The translations under genes and the position numbers were made by a program. The notes under the pieces were generated by a model. The model had not been told where the DNA came from, did not search any database, and worked only from the letters and a program-made list of their open reading frames with translations. This document shows positions 1 through 10,484 of a stretch of DNA of 64,000 nucleotides, in pieces; position 1 is the first letter of the stretch; every line of letters begins with the position of its first letter. The stretch spans positions 6,057 to 70,056 of the forward strand of contig NZ_JAMTDV010000114.1 of the NCBI RefSeq assembly GCF_023806565.1, read 5' to 3'. The DNA comes from Accumulibacter sp. Its GTDB lineage: Bacteria; Pseudomonadota; Gammaproteobacteria; Burkholderiales; Rhodocyclaceae.

Positions 1-483
1 GAGCACCTTGCGCAGATCCTGGATCACCTGTTGCAGCCAGCGGTTGCCCGACATCTCCTGGATGCGCGCGTGAAACTCCTGGTTGGCAACGAAAAAACGT
101 TCGATCTGATTGCTGGCAGCAAAACGTTCGAGTTGCCGGTGGATCGCTTCGAGCTTCGCGATCTGTTCAGGCTGCGCCCTTCTCGTCGCCTCCAGCGCGC
201 CACGACCTTCGAGCATCGCCATCAATGGGAAAATGTCGTCCAGATCCTGGTCGGAGATTTCGGTGACGAAACATCCGCGCCGCGGCTTCAGTGTCACCAG
301 TCCTTCTGCGGCGAGAACTTTCAGGGCTTCGCGCAGCGGAGTCCGGCTGATGCCATAATCGACCGCCAGCACCTGCTCGTCGATGCGCGTCCCAGGGGGC
401 AGTTCATGCGCGAAGATCCGCTGCCGTAGTCTTTCCGCGACCTCCTGGTAGAGCGCTGTTTGGGCTATACGACCCGCAACCAT
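1..483 (-). CDS. GntR-family (FadR/FCD-type) transcriptional regulator; its 3' end runs off the window
   Basis: Absent from the ORF track because it has no stop in the window. My reverse-strand translation from the ATG (complement of 481-483) gives MVAGRIAQTALYQEVAERLRQRIFAHELPPGTRIDEQVLAVDYGISRTPLREALKVLAAEGLVTLKPRRGCFVTEIS... This is a GntR winged-HTH followed by an FCD-like helical region. It is divergent from the mutase operon. The listed ORF 31..429(+) is its antisense shadow. Confidence 0.8.
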   Translation of the reverse strand, partial: MVAGRIAQTALYQEVAERLRQRIFAHELPPGTRIDEQVLAVDYGISRTPLREALKVLAAEGLVTLKPRRGCFVTEISDQDLDDIFPLMAMLEGRGALEATRRAQPEQIAKLEAIHRQLERFAASNQIERFFVANQEFHARIQEMSGNRWLQQVIQDLRKVL

Positions 484-523
484 CGATCCTTTTCGCTGCC
501 TCGCGCACGGTTTCCAAGGAACC

Positions 524-553
524 TTGCTTTGATAATTATGGATACAGTATTAT
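524..553 (+). promoter_or_regulatory. Candidate sigma70 promoter with an AT-rich imperfect palindrome (possible GntR operator) upstream of the mutase operon
   Basis: TTGCTT(524-529)-18 nt-TATTAT(548-553). It overlaps the imperfect inverted repeat ATAATTATGGATACAGTATTAT, an AT-rich island in GC-rich DNA between the divergent regulator and the operon. Confidence 0.3.
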
Positions 554-688
554 TCGCGGAGCGGGGTGTCAAGCGGTAAAATAGTCGTTGCTAGTGGTGC
601 GACTCCCCTGATCAACATGACTTCGCTGTCGGGCGGCCGAGCCGCCTCAATCCACCGCAATCTACCGATTTTCTCGAAAGGTTCCGTC

Positions 689-2863
689 ATGTCCAACGCG
701 AACAATGCTCCAACAAGTGACTCCGCAAGTCTTGATGCCTGGAAAAAGGCCGCCAGCAAGTCGGCCCCGGGTGGCAACGTAGAAGCGCTGAACTGGGTTA
801 CGCCGGAAGGAATCGTCGTCAAGCCGCTGTATACCCGAGCCGACGTCGACGGTCTGCCGTACACCGATACGCTGCCGGGACTCCCGCCTTTCGTGCGTGG
901 CCCGCAGGCGACGATGTACGCCGTGCGACCGTGGACCATTCGCCAGTACGCCGGCTTTTCCACTGCGGAGGCGTCCAACGCCTTCTACCGCAAGGCCCTG
1001 GCCGCAGGTGGTCAGGGCGTTTCCGTGGCGTTCGACCTGGCGACACACCGGGGTTACGACTCCGATCATCCGCGCGTCACTGGTGACGTCGGCAAGGCCG
1101 GTGTCGCGATCGATTCGGTCGAGGACATGAAGATTCTGTTCGACGGCATCCCGCTCGAAAAGATTTCGGTGTCGATGACGATGAATGGTGCCGTATTGCC
1201 GATTCTCGCCGGCTACATCGTTGCCGCCGAAGAACAGGGGGTGCCACAGGACAAGCTCTCGGGGACGATCCAGAACGACATCCTCAAGGAGTTCATGGTC
1301 CGCAACACGTACATCTATCCGCCGAAACCGTCGATGCGGATCATCGCCGACATCATCGGCTACACGGCGCAACACATGCCGAAATTCAACTCAATTTCGA
1401 TTTCCGGTTATCACATGCAGGAAGCCGGTGCAACACAGGCGCTTGAACTGGCATTCACGCTGGCCGACGGCCGCGAATACGTGAAGACGGCAATCGCGTC
1501 CGGTCTCGACGTCGATGACTTCGCCGGTCGTCTGTCGTTCTTCTTCGCGATCGGCATGAACTTCTACCTCGAGGTGGCTAAGTTGCGCGCTGCCCGGCTG
1601 CTGTGGTGGAAGATCATGCAGGAGTTTTCGCCGAAGAAGGCGAAGTCGATGATGCTGCGTACCCACTGCCAGACCTCGGGCTGGTCGCTGACCGAGCAGG
1701 ATCCGTACAACAACGTCGTGCGCACGACGATCGAGGCGATGGCGGCAGTTTTCGGTGGTACGCAGTCACTGCATACCAACGCTCTGGACGAGGCGATCGC
1801 GCTGCCCACCGATTTTTCCTCCCGCATTGCACGCAATACGCAGCTGGTCATTCAGGAAGAAACGCACATCACCAACGTCATCGACCCGTGGGCCGGTTCG
1901 TACATGATGGAGCGGCTGACTCAGGATCTGGTCGATGAAGCGTGGAAGATCATCGAAGAGGTCGAGACCATGGGCGGCATGACGCACGCCGTCGAATCCG
2001 GCTGGGCCAAGATGAAGATCGAGGGTTGCGCGGCCGACAAGCAGGCGCGCATCGACTCGGGCAAGGACGTGATCGTCGGTGTGAACAAGTACAAGCTTGC
2101 CAAGGAGGAAATGATCGACATCCTCGACATCGACAACAACGCCGTGCGCGAGGCGCAGGTCGCGCGCCTCAAGTCGGTACGCGCGAGTCGCGACAGCGAC
2201 AAGGTCAATGCGGCGTTGACCGATCTGACCCGCTGCGCCGAAACCGGCGAAGGCAATTTGCTCGAGTTCACGGTGCGGGCGATGCGCCTGCGGGCGACGG
2301 TGGGCGAGGTTTCCGATGCCATGGAAAAGACTTTCGGTCGCTTCCGCGCGACGCAACAGACGGTATCCGGCGTCTATGCCGCGGTCGTCGACGGCATGGC
2401 CAGTTGGGAGACGCTGAAAGCCGAGATCGCCAGGTTCAGCGAAGAGGAAGGTCGTCGGCCGCGGATCATGATCGCCAAGCTCGGCCAGGATGGTCACGAT
2501 CGGGGGGCCAAGGTGGTCGCCACCGCCTTTGCCGACCTCGGCTTCGACATCGATGTCGGCCCGCTCTTCCAGACCCCGGAGGAAGCGGCCCGTCTCGCAA
2601 TCGAGAATGACGTTCATGCCATTGGTGTTTCTTCTCTCGCGGCCGGGCACAAGACCCTGCTGCCGGAACTGGTCCAGGCGCTCAAGGCGCAGGGTGCTGA
2701 CGACATCATCGTTTTTGCCGGTGGCGTGATCCCGCCGCAGGACTACGATTTCCTGTTCCAGGCTGGTGCCAAGGCGATTTTCGGCCCCGGAACGCGCATC
2801 GAGGATTCGGCGATGTCCGTTCTTGCGGAGATCCGCAAGGCTCGCTCGCAGGCCACCGTCTGA
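689..2863 (+). CDS. scpA: Methylmalonyl-CoA mutase, single-chain large form with a C-terminal B12-binding domain
   Basis: ORF 566..2863. I moved the start to ATG 689 ([24 protein letters not shown]...[15 protein letters not shown]), which gives a typical mutase N-terminus and length of about 724 aa. The C-terminal cobalamin-domain motif is [32 protein letters not shown]. Confidence 0.95.
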   Translation: MSNANNAPTSDSASLDAWKKAASKSAPGGNVEALNWVTPEGIVVKPLYTRADVDGLPYTDTLPGLPPFVRGPQATMYAVRPWTIRQYAGFSTAEASNAFYRKALAAGGQGVSVAFDLATHRGYDSDHPRVTGDVGKAGVAIDSVEDMKILFDGIPLEKISVSMTMNGAVLPILAGYIVAAEEQGVPQDKLSGTIQNDILKEFMVRNTYIYPPKPSMRIIADIIGYTAQHMPKFNSISISGYHMQEAGATQALELAFTLADGREYVKTAIASGLDVDDFAGRLSFFFAIGMNFYLEVAKLRAARLLWWKIMQEFSPKKAKSMMLRTHCQTSGWSLTEQDPYNNVVRTTIEAMAAVFGGTQSLHTNALDEAIALPTDFSSRIARNTQLVIQEETHITNVIDPWAGSYMMERLTQDLVDEAWKIIEEVETMGGMTHAVESGWAKMKIEGCAADKQARIDSGKDVIVGVNKYKLAKEEMIDILDIDNNAVREAQVARLKSVRASRDSDKVNAALTDLTRCAETGEGNLLEFTVRAMRLRATVGEVSDAMEKTFGRFRATQQTVSGVYAAVVDGMASWETLKAEIARFSEEEGRRPRIMIAKLGQDGHDRGAKVVATAFADLGFDIDVGPLFQTPEEAARLAIENDVHAIGVSSLAAGHKTLLPELVQALKAQGADDIIVFAGGVIPPQDYDFLFQAGAKAIFGPGTRIEDSAMSVLAEIRKARSQATV

Positions 2864-2886
2864 GCGATTCACCCATCCGGCAGGAA

Positions 2887-3891
2887 ATGGACATGAGCAG
2901 CGCGACCGCCGGTGGCCTGACGGCTGCCGACCAGCATCTCGTCGAAGGTGTCCTCGCGGGGCGCCGGCGAGCGCTGGCCAAGACCATTACCCTCGTCGAA
3001 TCGACGCACAGCGATCACCAGCGTCGTGCCCGGCAGGTGCTGGCCGCGCTCCTGCCACATACCGGCAGGACGATTCGTGTCGGCATTTCCGGTTCGCCGG
3101 GTGCGGGCAAGTCGACCTTCATCGAATCGCTGGGTCTTTATCTGATCGATGCCGGCAGGCGAGTGGCGGTGCTCGCCGTAGACCCGTCGTCGTCGGTCTC
3201 CGGCGGTTCGATTCTCGGTGACAAGACGCGCATGGAGTTGTTGTGCCGGCGCGACGAGGCGTTCATCCGGCCCAGCCCATCGGCCGGCTCGCTGGGTGGG
3301 GTCGCCGACAAGACGCGCGAAGCGATGCTGGTCTGCGAAGCGGCGGGTTTCGACGTGATCATCGTCGAGACGGTGGGGGTCGGACAGTCGGAAACGACCG
3401 TCGCCGGGATGGTCGACGCCTTCGTCCTGCTGCAGCTGCCCAATGCCGGCGACGACCTGCAAGCGATCAAGAAGGGGATCGTCGAGATTGCCGACCTGAT
3501 CGTTTTCAACAAGGCGGACATCGACGAGCGTGCCGCCGCTTTCGCGCGTGGACAGATGAGGGCGGCGCTGACCATGCTGCGCAGCAACAGTCCGAACTGG
3601 CGCCCGCCAGTGCTGACGGTCAGCGCGCTGGCCAAGCGAGGCATTGCCGAATTCTGGGCGGAAATCGAGCGCTATCGAAGCGTTCTGAGCGCCACCGGCG
3701 AATTCGACGAAAAGCGCCGCCGGCAGGCGGTCGACTGGATGTGGAGCCTGATCGATTCCGGACTGCGCCGTTATTTCCGCGCCCATCCAGCCGTGCGCTC
3801 GGCGCTGCCCGAACTTGTCCGCGACGTTGCCGAAGGGCACACGACACCCGGCGCCGCGGCTTCACGATTGCTCGCCTATCTCAAGCACTGA
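2887..3891 (+). CDS. meaB: Methylmalonyl-CoA mutase-associated G-protein chaperone MeaB/ArgK
   Basis: P-loop GISGSPGAGKSTFIE; SIMIBI-type motifs VIIVETVGVGQSE and FNKADI. It lies immediately downstream of the mutase. Confidence 0.93.
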   Translation: MDMSSATAGGLTAADQHLVEGVLAGRRRALAKTITLVESTHSDHQRRARQVLAALLPHTGRTIRVGISGSPGAGKSTFIESLGLYLIDAGRRVAVLAVDPSSSVSGGSILGDKTRMELLCRRDEAFIRPSPSAGSLGGVADKTREAMLVCEAAGFDVIIVETVGVGQSETTVAGMVDAFVLLQLPNAGDDLQAIKKGIVEIADLIVFNKADIDERAAAFARGQMRAALTMLRSNSPNWRPPVLTVSALAKRGIAEFWAEIERYRSVLSATGEFDEKRRRQAVDWMWSLIDSGLRRYFRAHPAVRSALPELVRDVAEGHTTPGAAASRLLAYLKH

Positions 3892-3961
3892 TTGCTGGTA
3901 CCAAGAATCTCCGACTTTATTCAGTAGTTCTGATTGACGCGACCGTTAGGGAGTAGAACAT

Positions 3962-5494
3962 ATGCACGACATCATTCGCCAGCTTGCAGACAAGCGCGCG
4001 GCCGCCTGTCTCGGTGGTGGTCAGAAACGCATCGACAACCAGCACCGGCAGGGAAAATTGGCTGCCCGCGAGCGCATCGAGCTGCTGCTCGACAGTGGCT
4101 CGTTCGAGGAATGGGACATGTTCAAGGAGCACCGTTGCAACGACTTCGGCATGGCGGAGCGCTCCGTGCCGGGCGACGGTGTGGTCATTGGCTGCGGCAC
4201 GATCAACGGTCGCCTGATGTTCGTTTTTTCGCAGGACTTCACGGTTTTCGGCGGCTCGCTATCTGAAGCGCATGCCGAGAAGATCTGCAAGGTCATGGAC
4301 CATGCGATCAAGGTCGGGGCGCCGGTGATCGGACTCAACGACTCGGGTGGTGCGCGCATCCAGGAGGGTGTGGCGTCGCTTGCCGGCTATGCCGACGTGT
4401 TCCAGCGCAACGTCCTTGCCTCGGGCGTCGTTCCACAAATCTCGCTGATCATGGGTCCGTGTGCTGGTGGCGCCGTTTATAGCCCATCGATGACCGACTT
4501 CATCTTCATGGTCAAGGACTCGTCGTACATGTTCGTCACCGGCCCGGAAGTGGTGAAGACGGTGACCCATGAGGACGTCACCGCCGAAGAACTGGGCGGA
4601 GCGATCACCCATACCAGCAAGTCGGGGGTGGCCGACCTCGCGTTCGAGAATGACGTCGAAGCGCTGATGATGATTCGCCGCTTCATCAGCTTCCTGCCGT
4701 CGAACAACCGCGAGAAGCCGCCACGTCTGCCGTCGCAGGATCCTGCCGATCGCCTCGACTTCTCGCTCGACACGCTGGTTCCGGACAATCCCAACAAACC
4801 GTACAACATCAAGGAACTGATCATCAAGATCGCTGACGATGGCGACTTCTTCGAGCTGCAACGCGAATACGCGAAGAACATCGTGATCGGTTTCGCGCGC
4901 ATGGACGGCTCGACGGTCGGCATCGTCGCCAACCAGCCTCTGGTTCTCGCCGGTTGTCTCGACATCAAGAGTTCGATCAAGGCCGCCCGCTTCGTGCGCT
5001 ATTGCGACGCATTCAACATCCCGGTGGTGACCTTCGTCGATGTGCCCGGTTTCATGCCTGGTACCGCGCAGGAATATGGCGGAATCATCAAGCACGGGGC
5101 CAAACTGCTCTACGCCTACGCCGAGTGCACGGTGCCGAAGATCACCGTGATCACGCGCAAGGCCTATGGTGGTGCCTACGACGTGATGGCTTCGAAGCAT
5201 CTGCGTGGCGACGTCAACTTCGCCTGGCCATCTGCCGAAATCGCGGTCATGGGTCCGAAGGGCGCGGTGGAGATCATTTTCCGCGAAGAAAAGAACGATC
5301 CGGCCAAGCTGGCGGCGCGCGAAGCGGAGTACAAGGCGAAATTCGCGAATCCCTTCGTCGCCGGCGCACGCGGCTTCATCGACGACGTGATCATGCCGAA
5401 CGAGACCCGCAAGCGCATCTGCCGCTCTCTCGCCATGTTGCGCAACAAGCAGCTGGAAAACCCGTGGCGCAAGCACGGCAACATTCCGCTTTGA
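3962..5494 (+). CDS. pccB: Propionyl-CoA carboxylase beta subunit (carboxyltransferase)
   Basis: 510 aa. Carboxyltransferase signatures: [60 protein letters not shown]. Confidence 0.92.
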   Translation: MHDIIRQLADKRAAACLGGGQKRIDNQHRQGKLAARERIELLLDSGSFEEWDMFKEHRCNDFGMAERSVPGDGVVIGCGTINGRLMFVFSQDFTVFGGSLSEAHAEKICKVMDHAIKVGAPVIGLNDSGGARIQEGVASLAGYADVFQRNVLASGVVPQISLIMGPCAGGAVYSPSMTDFIFMVKDSSYMFVTGPEVVKTVTHEDVTAEELGGAITHTSKSGVADLAFENDVEALMMIRRFISFLPSNNREKPPRLPSQDPADRLDFSLDTLVPDNPNKPYNIKELIIKIADDGDFFELQREYAKNIVIGFARMDGSTVGIVANQPLVLAGCLDIKSSIKAARFVRYCDAFNIPVVTFVDVPGFMPGTAQEYGGIIKHGAKLLYAYAECTVPKITVITRKAYGGAYDVMASKHLRGDVNFAWPSAEIAVMGPKGAVEIIFREEKNDPAKLAAREAEYKAKFANPFVAGARGFIDDVIMPNETRKRICRSLAMLRNKQLENPWRKHGNIPL

Positions 5495-5513
5495 TCCACG
5501 GGGAGATATAAAG

Positions 5514-7502
5514 ATGTTCAAGAAAATTCTGATCGCCAACCGGGGCGAAATTGCCTGCCGGGTGATGAAGACCGCCAAGAAGATGGGGATCAAGACGGTC
5601 GCAGTCTATTCGGAAGCCGACAAGGATTCGATGCACGTCCTGATGGCCGACGAGGGGGTGTGCATCGGGCCGCCGCCGTCCAAGGAGTCGTATCTGGTGA
5701 TCGACAAGATCATCGCCGCGTGCAAGCAGACCGGCGCCGAAGCCGTGCACCCGGGTTACGGATTTCTCTCCGAGAACGAGGAGTTCTCGCGCCGCCTCGA
5801 AGACGCGGGGATCGTCTTCATCGGGCCCAAGCATTATTCGGTGGCGGCGATGGGCGACAAGATCGCTTCGAAGAAGCTGGCGATGGAAGCGAAGGTCAAT
5901 ACCATCCCCGGTTACAATGCCGAAATCGCAGACTCTGCTCAGGCCGTCGAGATTGCCCGGGGGATCGGCTACCCGGTGATGATCAAGGCCTCTGCTGGCG
6001 GGGGCGGCAAGGGATTGCGCGTCGCATTCAACGACCAGGAAGCCGCCGAAGGTTTCGATGCCTGCCGCAACGAGGCGCGCAACAGCTTTGGCGACGATCG
6101 TGTGTTCATCGAGAAGTTCGTCGAAGGACCGCATCACATCGAGATTCAGGTGATCGCCGACTCCTTCGGCAACACGGTATATCTGCTCGAACGTGAGTGC
6201 TCGATTCAGCGGCGGCACCAGAAAGTGCTCGAGGAAGCTCCCTCGCCGTTCATCAATGACCAGATCCGCAAGGCGATGGGTGAGCAGGCGGTGGCACTGG
6301 CGAAGGCGGTGAATTACCAGAGCGCCGGCACCGTCGAGTTCGTCGTTGGCTCCGACAAGTCGTTCTATTTCCTTGAGATGAACACACGTCTGCAGGTCGA
6401 ACACCCGGTGACCGAAATGATCACCGGTGTCGACCTGGTCGAACTGATGATCCGCGTTGCCGCGGGCGAGAAGCTGCCATTCACCCAGGACGACATCAGG
6501 CCCAACGGCTGGGCGATCGAATGTCGGATCAACGCCGAGGACCCGTTCCGGGGCTTCCTGCCATCGGTCGGCCGCCTCGTGAAATACCGGCCACCGGCGA
6601 CGGCCGACGGACAGATCAGGGTGGATACCGGTGTTTTCGAGGGTGGCGAAATTTCGATGTATTACGATTCGATGATCGCCAAGCTGATCTGCCACGGCGC
6701 GACGCGCGACCAGGCGATTGGCCGGATGCGCGACGCCTTGAACGCTTTCGTCATCCGCGGCATCGATTCGAACATTCCGTTTCAGGCAGCCCTGATGCAG
6801 AATCCCCGCTTCCTGTCGGGAGTATTCACCACATCGTTCATCGCCGACGAGTTTCCCAACGGCTTCGATTCCTCCGACGTGGTTCACGACGACCCGGGAC
6901 TGCTTGCCGCTGTCGCCGCCTTCGGCCGTCGTCGCTACATCGATCGTGCGGTACAGATCAGTGGCCAGGTGCCGGGACACCAGCGCCGAGTAGGCAGCGA
7001 GTGGGTGGTCCAGATGGAGGGCAAGGATTATCCGGTGGTCGTCACGCCGATCTCCGGCGGCTACTCGGTGACGCACGGAAGCGATCGCTACGATCTCGTC
7101 TCCGACTGGAAATTCGGCGAACTGGTTTTCCACGGAACCTGCAACGGAGTGCCACTCTGTCTGCAACTCGAGCGCATCGGCCTGCTCTACCGTGTCGTCC
7201 ACTTCGGCAAGCAGGTCAAGGTGACGGTCATGACCGCCAATGCTGCGCGCATGCTTGCTCTGATGCCGAAAAAGGTGCCGCCGGACCTCTCGAAATTCCT
7301 GCTCTCGCCGATGCCCGGCTTGCTGCGCGAGGTATCTGTCGAAGCAGGGCAAGCAGTTGCAGCCGGCGAAAAGCTGGCGGTAATCGAGGCGATGAAGATG
7401 GAGAACGTCCTCAAGGCCGAGCGCGACTGCAAGGTGAAGAAGGTCGTCGCCGGTCCCGGAGAGAGTCTGTCGGTCGATCAGGTGATTCTCGAATTCGAGT
7501 AG
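5514..7502 (+). CDS. pccA: Propionyl-CoA (acyl-CoA) carboxylase alpha subunit: biotin carboxylase plus BCCP
   Basis: MFKKILIANRGEIACRV, ATP-grasp core, and a C-terminal biotinyl motif EAMKMEN. It is adjacent to pccB. Confidence 0.92.
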   Translation: MFKKILIANRGEIACRVMKTAKKMGIKTVAVYSEADKDSMHVLMADEGVCIGPPPSKESYLVIDKIIAACKQTGAEAVHPGYGFLSENEEFSRRLEDAGIVFIGPKHYSVAAMGDKIASKKLAMEAKVNTIPGYNAEIADSAQAVEIARGIGYPVMIKASAGGGGKGLRVAFNDQEAAEGFDACRNEARNSFGDDRVFIEKFVEGPHHIEIQVIADSFGNTVYLLERECSIQRRHQKVLEEAPSPFINDQIRKAMGEQAVALAKAVNYQSAGTVEFVVGSDKSFYFLEMNTRLQVEHPVTEMITGVDLVELMIRVAAGEKLPFTQDDIRPNGWAIECRINAEDPFRGFLPSVGRLVKYRPPATADGQIRVDTGVFEGGEISMYYDSMIAKLICHGATRDQAIGRMRDALNAFVIRGIDSNIPFQAALMQNPRFLSGVFTTSFIADEFPNGFDSSDVVHDDPGLLAAVAAFGRRRYIDRAVQISGQVPGHQRRVGSEWVVQMEGKDYPVVVTPISGGYSVTHGSDRYDLVSDWKFGELVFHGTCNGVPLCLQLERIGLLYRVVHFGKQVKVTVMTANAARMLALMPKKVPPDLSKFLLSPMPGLLREVSVEAGQAVAAGEKLAVIEAMKMENVLKAERDCKVKKVVAGPGESLSVDQVILEFE

Positions 7503-7533
7503 GTCTGTCGCCGGAGTCGGTCGGATGGCAGCG

Positions 7534-7561
7534 AAGCCCGCCTCCTGGCGGGCTTTTTTAT
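7534..7561 (+). terminator. Rho-independent terminator of the mutase/pcc operon
   Basis: AAGCCCGCC-TCCT-GGCGGGCTT followed by TTTTTA, starting 32 nt after the pccA stop. Confidence 0.7.
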
Positions 7562-7794
7562 CCTGTGTGCCGACGAGCGAGCGGCTCGCAGCGAAAGCGA
7601 TTGGGCGCATGCGCCGCGCGGGTTGCAAGCCGCCGTGTACACGCTGCGGCGTGGTGCCATGGCACTTGGCGCGAGCGTCGGCGAATCGCGACGTTGCTGA
7701 CGTGCCGAACGTTGGTGTCAGCTACGCTCGATCGCGTTCGCTGGATTGCTGCTATGGCGGCGGCGCAGAGGGTGGGTCGCCTCCGGCCGGACGC

Positions 7795-8106
7795 TCAGGC
7801 CGGCCTGCCCTGGGCAGCGGCGGGGGCGGCGACGTCGTAGATCAGTTGCAGATCGTTGTCTTCTGCGAAGTGCAGCACAAACCGGTATGCCATCGGCTCG
7901 ACTTCATACAGTCGGCCGTCAACGAATACTGCCTTTTCTCCCTTGTACGTGCGCGGGCCGACGTAGGGTGAATAGCGCATCTTCTTCTCGGCACCAAAAA
8001 CCGAAAGAACACCGCAAAGCCGTTCAGCCCAGTCACTCGGCCGGAACTTTTTGCCCGTGATGGTCAGACCGACGATGATGAAAGAGGAGTGCGATGAAGT
8101 GGTCAT
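7795..8106 (-). CDS. DUF3579-family small protein
   Basis: 103 aa. FIIVGLTITGKKFRPSDWAERLCGV...EPMAYRFVLHFAEDNDLQ matches my memory of the conserved DUF3579 core (FRPSDWAERLCG). Confidence 0.7.
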   Translation of the reverse strand: MTTSSHSSFIIVGLTITGKKFRPSDWAERLCGVLSVFGAEKKMRYSPYVGPRTYKGEKAVFVDGRLYEVEPMAYRFVLHFAEDNDLQLIYDVAAPAAAQGRPA

Positions 8107-8384
8107 ATCTCGTTGGGATGATGGCGAGGAGAACCGCGAATTGCCCCCTGGGATGGTCTTTGCGCACTTGCACTTGGCGACAAGTTCGACGCGCGGATTC
8201 TAACAGAAAGTGGAAGGATATGCCGGCTTCTTGCCCAAGCCCGCAGATTCGAGTGCCGTTCAATGCTACCGAGTAATGACCGACTCGATCGGTTCGGGCT
8301 TGTCTGCGGTGAACCAGGGGGCTCATCAGTGCCGCATCTGCCGCGATCAGTGGAAGCCGGCTCGAAGGCTTGGTGTGGTCTGGT

Positions 8385-8459
8385 TGGTGGGCGATAGTGG
8401 GTTCGAACCACTGACTTCCACCGTGTGAAGGTGGCACTCTACCACTGAGTTAATCGCCC
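8385..8459 (-). tRNA. tRNA-Val (anticodon CAC), CCA encoded
   Basis: Reverse complement: GGGCGAT-TA-ACTC-AGTGGTA-GAGT-G-CCACC-TTCACAC-GGTGG-AAGTC-AGTGG-TTCGAAC-CCACT-ATCGCCC-ACCA. It folds as a full cloverleaf with T33 and A37 flanking CAC. Confidence 0.85.
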
Positions 8460-8610
8460 AATCTGTCCGATGCATCGATGAATCCGGGTGGCGGGCCGAT
8501 CGTTCGTATCGGAGAAAATGACTGCCACACGTTGACTGCCACGCTCATCTCTGAGCGTGCGGTCCACTCAGCGACCGGAACGGAGATTACATCACAAGTC
8601 GATGATCGGG

Positions 8611-9459
8611 TCAATCGACGCGACCGGGAACGACGCCATTCGCTGGCCGGACCAGCAGTATGGGCAAGGGATTGACGCCGTTGCGATGCGTGTGCCGATG
8701 GTTGCCGTCGGGATTGATCGCAGCTCCGAAGTTGGCCCAGTCGGGGTCCGGCAAGTCGGTGAATGCTTGCCGCAGGCGCTCGCCCCAGAGCGTGCGGATG
8801 GTGTTGAAATAGGCATTCTGCGGGCCAATGCTGATGTGCTGGCGCACCTGCAGCGCGCCGCTGGCGTAAATCAGAAGATCGAGCGGCATGCCCACGGAAA
8901 GGTTCGAGCGGATTGTCGAATCCATCGAAATCAATGCGCACTTGGCAGCTTCCTCGAAGCTCGTGCGCCGGGTAACGACGCGGTCGATGATAGGTTTCCC
9001 GTACTTTGACTCTCCGATCTGGAAGTAGGGGGTGTCTTCGCTGGCTTCGATGAAATTGCCCGCAGCATAGATGTTGAACAGGCGTGGCGCTTCGCCCGCG
9101 ATCTGGCCACCAAAGATGATCGACGAGTTGAACTCGATACCGAATGCTTTCAATGCCGCCGCGTCGCGCTGATACACTTCGCGTACAACCGCACCGATGT
9201 GGCGTGCCGCTTCGAAGAGGTTCGGCAGATTGCAGAGATGTTCGCCACCGTCGGCGTCGATGCGCTCGCGCAGAATATTGACCACAGACTGGCTGACCGA
9301 CAGGTTGCCGGCGGTCATCAGCACCAGCACTCGCTCGCCTGTGCGTTCGATCACCGTCATCTTGCGGAACGTATTGATGTGATCGACGCCGGCATTGGTG
9401 CGCGCATCGGACAGAAACACCAGGCCGGCATCCAGCTGCATCGCGACGCAGTAGGTCAT
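8611..9459 (-). CDS. Anbu-type proteasome beta-subunit homologue (Ntn-hydrolase 'proteasome-type protease')
   Basis: Starts MTYCVAMQLDAGLVFLSDARTN. After Met removal this gives Thr1, Asp17 and Lys32, matching the proteasome Thr1/Asp17/Lys33 triad with no propeptide. It is the last gene of an ATP-grasp/alpha-E operon. Confidence 0.85.
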   Translation of the reverse strand: MTYCVAMQLDAGLVFLSDARTNAGVDHINTFRKMTVIERTGERVLVLMTAGNLSVSQSVVNILRERIDADGGEHLCNLPNLFEAARHIGAVVREVYQRDAAALKAFGIEFNSSIIFGGQIAGEAPRLFNIYAAGNFIEASEDTPYFQIGESKYGKPIIDRVVTRRTSFEEAAKCALISMDSTIRSNLSVGMPLDLLIYASGALQVRQHISIGPQNAYFNTIRTLWGERLRQAFTDLPDPDWANFGAAINPDGNHRHTHRNGVNPLPILLVRPANGVVPGRVD

Positions 9460-9529
9460 GGTTGCCCCGCCGGAGTTGACAGCATGGTTGGTGGCGTTTG
9501 CACAATCGCTGGAGATGTCATCGAGTGAG

Positions 9530-10465
9530 TCAACCCGGTATCAGGAAGTCGCGGCTGATTCCATCACCGATCTCGAAGATGCGGTCCATGAAATCGGTCA
9601 GATACTCGTGCAGTCCGCCGGCTAGCACGTCGTCGATCCGCGCGAAGTGCAGGCGCGCGTGCAGGACTCCGGCCTGCCGTTCGGTTTCGGCAGACGCGCC
9701 GTTGGCGATCAATTGCAGCATGCGCACGATGCCGTCGGCACAGGAATGCAGCGACCGTGGCAGATTCATGTTGAGGATCAGCAACTCAGCCACGCGACCC
9801 GGGGTGATCGCGTCGCGATATACCTTGCGATAGACTTGGAATGCCGAAAGCGAACGAAGCAGGGCTCCCCAACGATAGAAGTCGCTGACCTCCTCGTCGT
9901 CGTTCTGTCGCAGGATGTGGTATTGCATGTCGAGAATTCGCGCCGTATTGTCTCCGCGCTCGAGCAGTCCTCCGAGGCGGATGAAATGCAGAGCGTCGTC
10001 CTTGAGCATGGTCCCGAAGGTCACGCCGCGCGTTACCGCCGAACGAAGCTTGACCCAGTCGAAGAATTCGCTGACGCCGCGTGCCAGAATGTGCTCGAAG
10101 TTCTGCTGCCGCAATTCGATCCAGGTGGCGTTCACGCTTTCCCACATTTCCGCAGTCATTGTGCCGCGCACGGCATGTGCATTTTCGCGTGCCGCTCGCA
10201 GGCAACTGTAGATCGACGAAGGGTTGGACGCGTCGGAAACCATGAAACGCAGGACGTTTTCGACATTCACGGCCGGGTATTCCCGGGCAAAGGCCGCCTC
10301 CAGACTGTTGAGGGCGAGAATCGCGCGCCAGTTCTCGTTCTGCGCCGCAAGCGATTGCGGTACCAGCGACATCTGGTAGGAAACATCGAGCAGACGCGCG
10401 AGGTTTTCGGCACGCTCGGTGTAACGCGCCATCCAGTAAAGATGGTCGGCTGTACGGCTCAACAT
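9530..10465 (-). CDS. Alpha-E domain protein
   Basis: MLSRTADHLYWMARYTERAENLARLLDVSY is the characteristic alpha-E N-terminus. It is 19 nt downstream of the ATP-grasp gene. Confidence 0.85.
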   Translation of the reverse strand: MLSRTADHLYWMARYTERAENLARLLDVSYQMSLVPQSLAAQNENWRAILALNSLEAAFAREYPAVNVENVLRFMVSDASNPSSIYSCLRAARENAHAVRGTMTAEMWESVNATWIELRQQNFEHILARGVSEFFDWVKLRSAVTRGVTFGTMLKDDALHFIRLGGLLERGDNTARILDMQYHILRQNDDEEVSDFYRWGALLRSLSAFQVYRKVYRDAITPGRVAELLILNMNLPRSLHSCADGIVRMLQLIANGASAETERQAGVLHARLHFARIDDVLAGGLHEYLTDFMDRIFEIGDGISRDFLIPG

Positions 10466-10484
10466 TTGAAATCTCCCTGCATCT

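Noticed and set aside
566-688. N-terminal extensions of many track ORFs. Examples: mutase from 566, glnD from 12302, small transglutaminase from 20944, MscS from 24339, tldD from 26902, ppk1 from 42889, SulP from 56230, aroG from 59365, and cobB from 63768.
   Set aside because: The extensions are Arg/Pro-rich or overlap the upstream gene or intergenic signals. Internal starts with Shine-Dalgarno sequences give family-typical N-termini and lengths, so I used those.
5391-7628. Very long antisense ORFs opposite confirmed genes. Examples: 5391..7628(-) 745 aa opposite pccA, 12359..14455(-) 698 aa opposite glnD, 15311..17581(-) 756 aa, 32096..34288(-) 730 aa opposite glnE, 41225..43252(+) 675 aa opposite ppk1, and 47741..49909(-) 722 aa opposite the acyl-CoA synthetase.
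   Set aside because: Their translations are low-complexity and rich in Arg, Ala, Gly and Pro, with no recognisable motifs. Each lies exactly opposite a gene with strong family signatures. This is the usual stop-codon-poor shadow-frame effect in GC-rich DNA.
8385-8459. tRNA-Val as an integration site for a genomic island carrying the Anbu operon.
   Set aside because: There is no integrase, no phage or transposon genes, and I saw no direct repeat of the tRNA 3' end nearby. Flanking genes are core-type and of similar composition.
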